This document shows positions 61,356 through 64,000 of a stretch of 64,000 nt of DNA, piece after piece. A program made the translations under genes and the position numbers. The notes below the pieces were generated by a model. It saw only the letters and a program-made list of their open reading frames with translations, ran no database searches and had not been told where the DNA came from. Source of the DNA: SAR202 cluster bacterium (GTDB lineage Bacteria > Chloroflexota > Dehalococcoidia > UBA6926 > VFHL01); assembly GCA_009392005.1 (NCBI GenBank), contig VFHL01000003.1:17221-81220 (forward strand), written 5' to 3'. Numbering within the stretch: position 1 is the first letter of the stretch; each line of letters begins with the position of its first letter.

Positions 61356-61610
61356 ATGACCTTCGTAATCGCGGAACCATGCATTGACCTAAAAGATGCC
61401 GGATGCGTTGAAGTTTGCCCAGTCGACTGCATTGCTACAACAGACGACGACAATATGTACTTCATCAACCCAGTCGAATGTATTGATTGTGCAGCATGTG
61501 AGCCAGTTTGCCCTGTAACAGCAATCTTTGATGAGCCAGACCTACCTGAGCAATGGAGTTCCTACTCGAAACTAAACGCTGACTGGTTTGAAAACCATCC
61601 TGACGCATAG
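61356..61610 (+). CDS. fdxA: Ferredoxin, FdxA-like (3Fe-4S + 4Fe-4S type Cys pattern)
   Basis: 84 aa. MTFVIAEPCIDLKDAGCVEVCPVDCI and CIDCAACEPVCPVTAI cluster motifs. Confidence 0.88.
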   Translation: MTFVIAEPCIDLKDAGCVEVCPVDCIATTDDDNMYFINPVECIDCAACEPVCPVTAIFDEPDLPEQWSSYSKLNADWFENHPDA

Positions 61611-61663
61611 AGGAATCACACCTTAAGCTTTAAGCAAGCGATATCTTAGGACTAAGCTAATTT

Positions 61664-61697
61664 AAAACGCCGCGGATTTATCCCCGCGGCGTTTTTA
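61664..61697. terminator. Bidirectional rho-independent terminator between the convergent ferredoxin and aquaporin genes
   Basis: aaaacgccgcgg (61664-61675) / ccgcggcgtttt (61684-61695) is a perfect 12-bp stem with an 8-nt loop. A-run 5' and T-run 3', so it is U-tailed on both strands. Confidence 0.85.
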
Positions 61698-61739
61698 TTC
61701 TGATTCAAACGTACCCTCGAATTAGAGAGCTTTCATACT

Positions 61740-62429
61740 CTATTCATCAGAATGGCTTCGTAGAACGAAGTGATATAAGGACCCTGCTGCGAGTGCACCT
61801 GTAATAGGACCAAGCCAATAGAGAAGAATGTGATCTTGCCAACTGCCACTAATTAACGCAGGGCCAAATGCTCGAGCGGGATTCATAGCCGCACCTGTTA
61901 AAGGTCCACCCATAAAAATATCGAGCATAACCACGCACCCAATACCAAACCCGGCTATACCTTTCGGTCCCATTGGATCAACTGCCGTCCCAAATATTAC
62001 GAAGACCAAGAAAAACGTTAACACTGCTTCAACAGCAATAGCAGTGCCCACATTAATGTTTGCAACGCCGGGGGTCCCAAGATTCACGGCTTGCCATTGC
62101 TCCTGAGAAAAAATAGTAGCAAGAAAAAGAGCAGCAAGACTCGCTCCAATAATCTGAGCCACAATGTAAAGTGCCCCAGTCAAAGGAGGAATACGGCGTG
62201 TCGCCAAAAACGCGATCGTGACCGCCGGATTGATGTGGCCTCCAGAGATATATCCGATTGCAGAAACCATTGTCGCAACAGTAAGTCCATGCGCCAAAGC
62301 GATCCCAACGATCCCAATTTGCCCTCCAGTCACATGATCAGTAATAATCGCCCCAGCACCAATGAATATAAGAGCAAAAGTCCCCACAAACTCTGCAACA
62401 AATTTATTAACGTTAGCTGTCATACGCAC
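61740..62429 (-). CDS. aqpZ: MIP-family channel (aquaporin Z / glycerol facilitator-like)
   Basis: 229 aa with two NPA boxes (HINPAVT and MNPARAF) and six TM segments. Confidence 0.92.
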   Translation of the reverse strand: MRMTANVNKFVAEFVGTFALIFIGAGAIITDHVTGGQIGIVGIALAHGLTVATMVSAIGYISGGHINPAVTIAFLATRRIPPLTGALYIVAQIIGASLAALFLATIFSQEQWQAVNLGTPGVANINVGTAIAVEAVLTFFLVFVIFGTAVDPMGPKGIAGFGIGCVVMLDIFMGGPLTGAAMNPARAFGPALISGSWQDHILLYWLGPITGALAAGSLYHFVLRSHSDE

Positions 62430-62504
62430 CTCTCATATCTCTCGATTTTCTTCGCCTCACAATATAATAATCAACAGACTTCCATCCCAACGCTCTATCA
62501 ATAA

Positions 62505-63269
62505 TCATCCTAATACACGTTGTATATTTTTAAAAGTTGCCTCCTTGATTTCATCCATTGAGACGCTCTTCACTTTAGCCAGACACTCTGCCACCTGAAT
62601 CAGATGATGCGGTTCAGTCCAGGTTTCACGATTTTTTTTGTACGGCTGGGGAAAAGAATCAGTTTCAATAACAATTTGATCCAAAGGGCAAAGACCAGCA
62701 ATTTCCTGCAAGCCTTGATCTCGTAATAATGGCTTCGCAAACGATAACAAAACCCCTTGCTCTAGACACGCTTCGGCGTATGCAATTGACCCCTGGAAGT
62801 AATGCGCAATCACCCCTACGTTCTCAGCTCCTTCTTCCTTAAGCATACGTAGTGGTTCCAGACCAGCTTCCCGATTGTGGAAAATAATTGGCTTGTTTAC
62901 TTCCAGCGCGATACGAATTTGAAGGCGGAAAGCCTCCTCTTGCCAAACTTTATCCGGGCGGCCTTCCATGTAATCCAAACCAATCTCACTTATGGCAACA
63001 ACTGCTGGAAGTAACGCCAATTCACGCAATTCACCAAACATCTCGGCGTTCAGACGGCCTTTCAGATCCATCGGATGCACACCAACACATGCTTCCACAA
63101 GCGGAACTTCATCAGCAAGGGAAACACAGCTCTTTGACGATTCAATTGTCGTACCCGCTGCGAGAATTAGGCCAACCCCAGATATTTTAGCCCGTTCGAC
63201 AATCGATGAGATTTCATCTGTATCAAATTGATTGATATGAGTATGACTATCAACGAAAAAGGGCTGCAC
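62505..63269 (-). CDS. tatD: TatD family metal-dependent hydrolase
   Basis: 254 aa. FVDSHTHI N-terminus, GEIGLDY, IFHNREA, ETDSP-like IETDSFP. Confidence 0.9.
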   Translation of the reverse strand: MQPFFVDSHTHINQFDTDEISSIVERAKISGVGLILAAGTTIESSKSCVSLADEVPLVEACVGVHPMDLKGRLNAEMFGELRELALLPAVVAISEIGLDYMEGRPDKVWQEEAFRLQIRIALEVNKPIIFHNREAGLEPLRMLKEEGAENVGVIAHYFQGSIAYAEACLEQGVLLSFAKPLLRDQGLQEIAGLCPLDQIVIETDSFPQPYKKNRETWTEPHHLIQVAECLAKVKSVSMDEIKEATFKNIQRVLG

Positions 63270-63323
63270 TAGACTAGTTCACACAAAGCAGGAAAATGTA
63301 TAACTGCTGGTTTGACCGTTATA

Positions 63324-63806
63324 TCAATCGTTTTTCGGCTGCCGAAGAAGGTTAACCATCTCCAGTGCTCCCGAAGCCGCATCCGCTCCACGATTCCCCT
63401 GCCCTCCACCTGAACGCTCCATTGCCTGTTCAACAGTATCTGTCGTCAGAACACCAAAAAGAACCGGCTTACCGTGCTGAATTCCCAGGTCTGCAAGGCT
63501 TCGCGCGACAGCATGCGCAATATAATCAAAGTGTAACGTCTCGCCACGGATCACCGCACCGAGGCACAAAACTGCATCATAATCCCTTTGTACCAACACA
63601 CCAGCCATTGTTGACAATTCAAATGCACCAGGGACCCAGAAAACATCATGATCACTACCAGAGGTCTCAAAAACCTGTTTTGCACCCTGCAGTAAACGAG
63701 ATGTAACCTCATCGTTAAATCTAGAGACTGCGACCCCTATACGAATGTTACGATTTTCGCTTACTAACCTACCCGCTTGATCACCATGCCATTCAATTCC
63801 TGCCAT
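63324..63806 (-). CDS. ribH: 6,7-dimethyl-8-ribityllumazine synthase
   Basis: IGVAVSRFNDEVTSRLLQGA, VPGAFEL, LGAVIRGETLHFDY, FGVLTTDT. ATG 63806 overlaps the stop of the upstream ribBA frame. The track's 63860 start is an extension. Confidence 0.93.
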   Translation of the reverse strand: MAGIEWHGDQAGRLVSENRNIRIGVAVSRFNDEVTSRLLQGAKQVFETSGSDHDVFWVPGAFELSTMAGVLVQRDYDAVLCLGAVIRGETLHFDYIAHAVARSLADLGIQHGKPVLFGVLTTDTVEQAMERSGGGQGNRGADAASGALEMVNLLRQPKND

Positions 63807-64000
63807 CAGTTCCTTCTTTAGGGGCTGTTTGATCTCTATCATCCTGATCAGGTGACTCAAGATTTGTTAACAGGTGCCCCATTTTTCCTTTTTTCGTTTC
63901 TAGATAACGCCTGTTAAATGGCGTAACCTTTGCCTGAATCGGAACTATCTCATCCACTTCAATCCCAAAACCTTCAAGGCCGGCAAGCTTGCGAGGGTTA
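63793..64000 (-). CDS. ribBA: 3' end of bifunctional DHBP synthase / GTP cyclohydrolase II (partial, runs off the window)
   Basis: My minus-strand translation is ...NPRKLAGLEGFGIEVDEIVPIQAKVTPFNRRYLETKKGKMGHLL..., matching the conserved C-terminus of RibA (NxxYLxTKxxKxGH). The stop TGA at 63795-63793 overlaps the ribH start. Confidence 0.8.
   Translation of the reverse strand, partial: NPRKLAGLEGFGIEVDEIVPIQAKVTPFNRRYLETKKGKMGHLLTNLESPDQDDRDQTAPKEGTDGRN

Overview
The window looks like a core chromosomal segment of a free-living bacterium with moderate GC. Gene content suggests a marine Chloroflexota (SAR202/Dehalococcoidia-like) lineage, but that is inference only: ribosomal proteins with low-complexity tails, System I cytochrome c maturation, Rex, and many acyl-CoA dehydrogenase, CoA-transferase and MFS genes. 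Order on the + strand: two tandem acyl-CoA dehydrogenase paralogs (minus strand); a metallophosphoesterase; a DsbA/FrnE-like gene interrupted by one in-frame TGA; a TPP riboswitch controlling a thiBPQ-type thiamine ABC importer; a YqaA/DedA-like membrane protein; a complete F1Fo ATP synthase operon (atpZ-B-E-F-H-A-G-[HAD]-D-C); rex; a DUF503 gene; a short 6-phosphogluconate-dehydrogenase-like gene coupled to a membrane-anchored CocE/NonD hydrolase; ruvB coupled to an orphan modC-like ATPase; a family III CoA-transferase; a System I ccm cluster (ccmE-F-H-[2 extra ORFs]-A-B-C-D) followed by SCO1/SenC; the str/S10/spc/alpha ribosomal protein superoperon (rpsL to rplQ, no tuf) with secY, adk, map, infA, rpmJ and rpoA; truA-rplM-rpsI; then an MFS transporter, M42 peptidase, AMP-forming acyl-CoA synthetase, nadE, a 7Fe-type ferredoxin, an aquaporin, tatD, ribH and the 3' end of ribBA. 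I saw no rRNA, tRNA, CRISPR array, transposase, integrase or obvious defence system. The finding most worth following up is a candidate selenoprotein. The DsbA/FrnE-like ORF (3811..4461) carries TGA exactly where the first Cys of the CPWC redox motif should be (YDYI-U-PWCYIG), with a SECIS-like hairpin just downstream. The six-frame track shows only its C-terminal 141 aa. Secondary points are a Cys-type CcmE (CPSKM instead of HxxxY) alongside CcmH and an unsplit CcmF, two uncharacterised ORFs inside the ccm cluster that share a TM + SHOCT-like module, a His/Glu-rich ~75-aa insertion in ATP synthase subunit a, a signal-peptide-like extension on subunit c, and a HAD phosphatase embedded between atpG and atpD.
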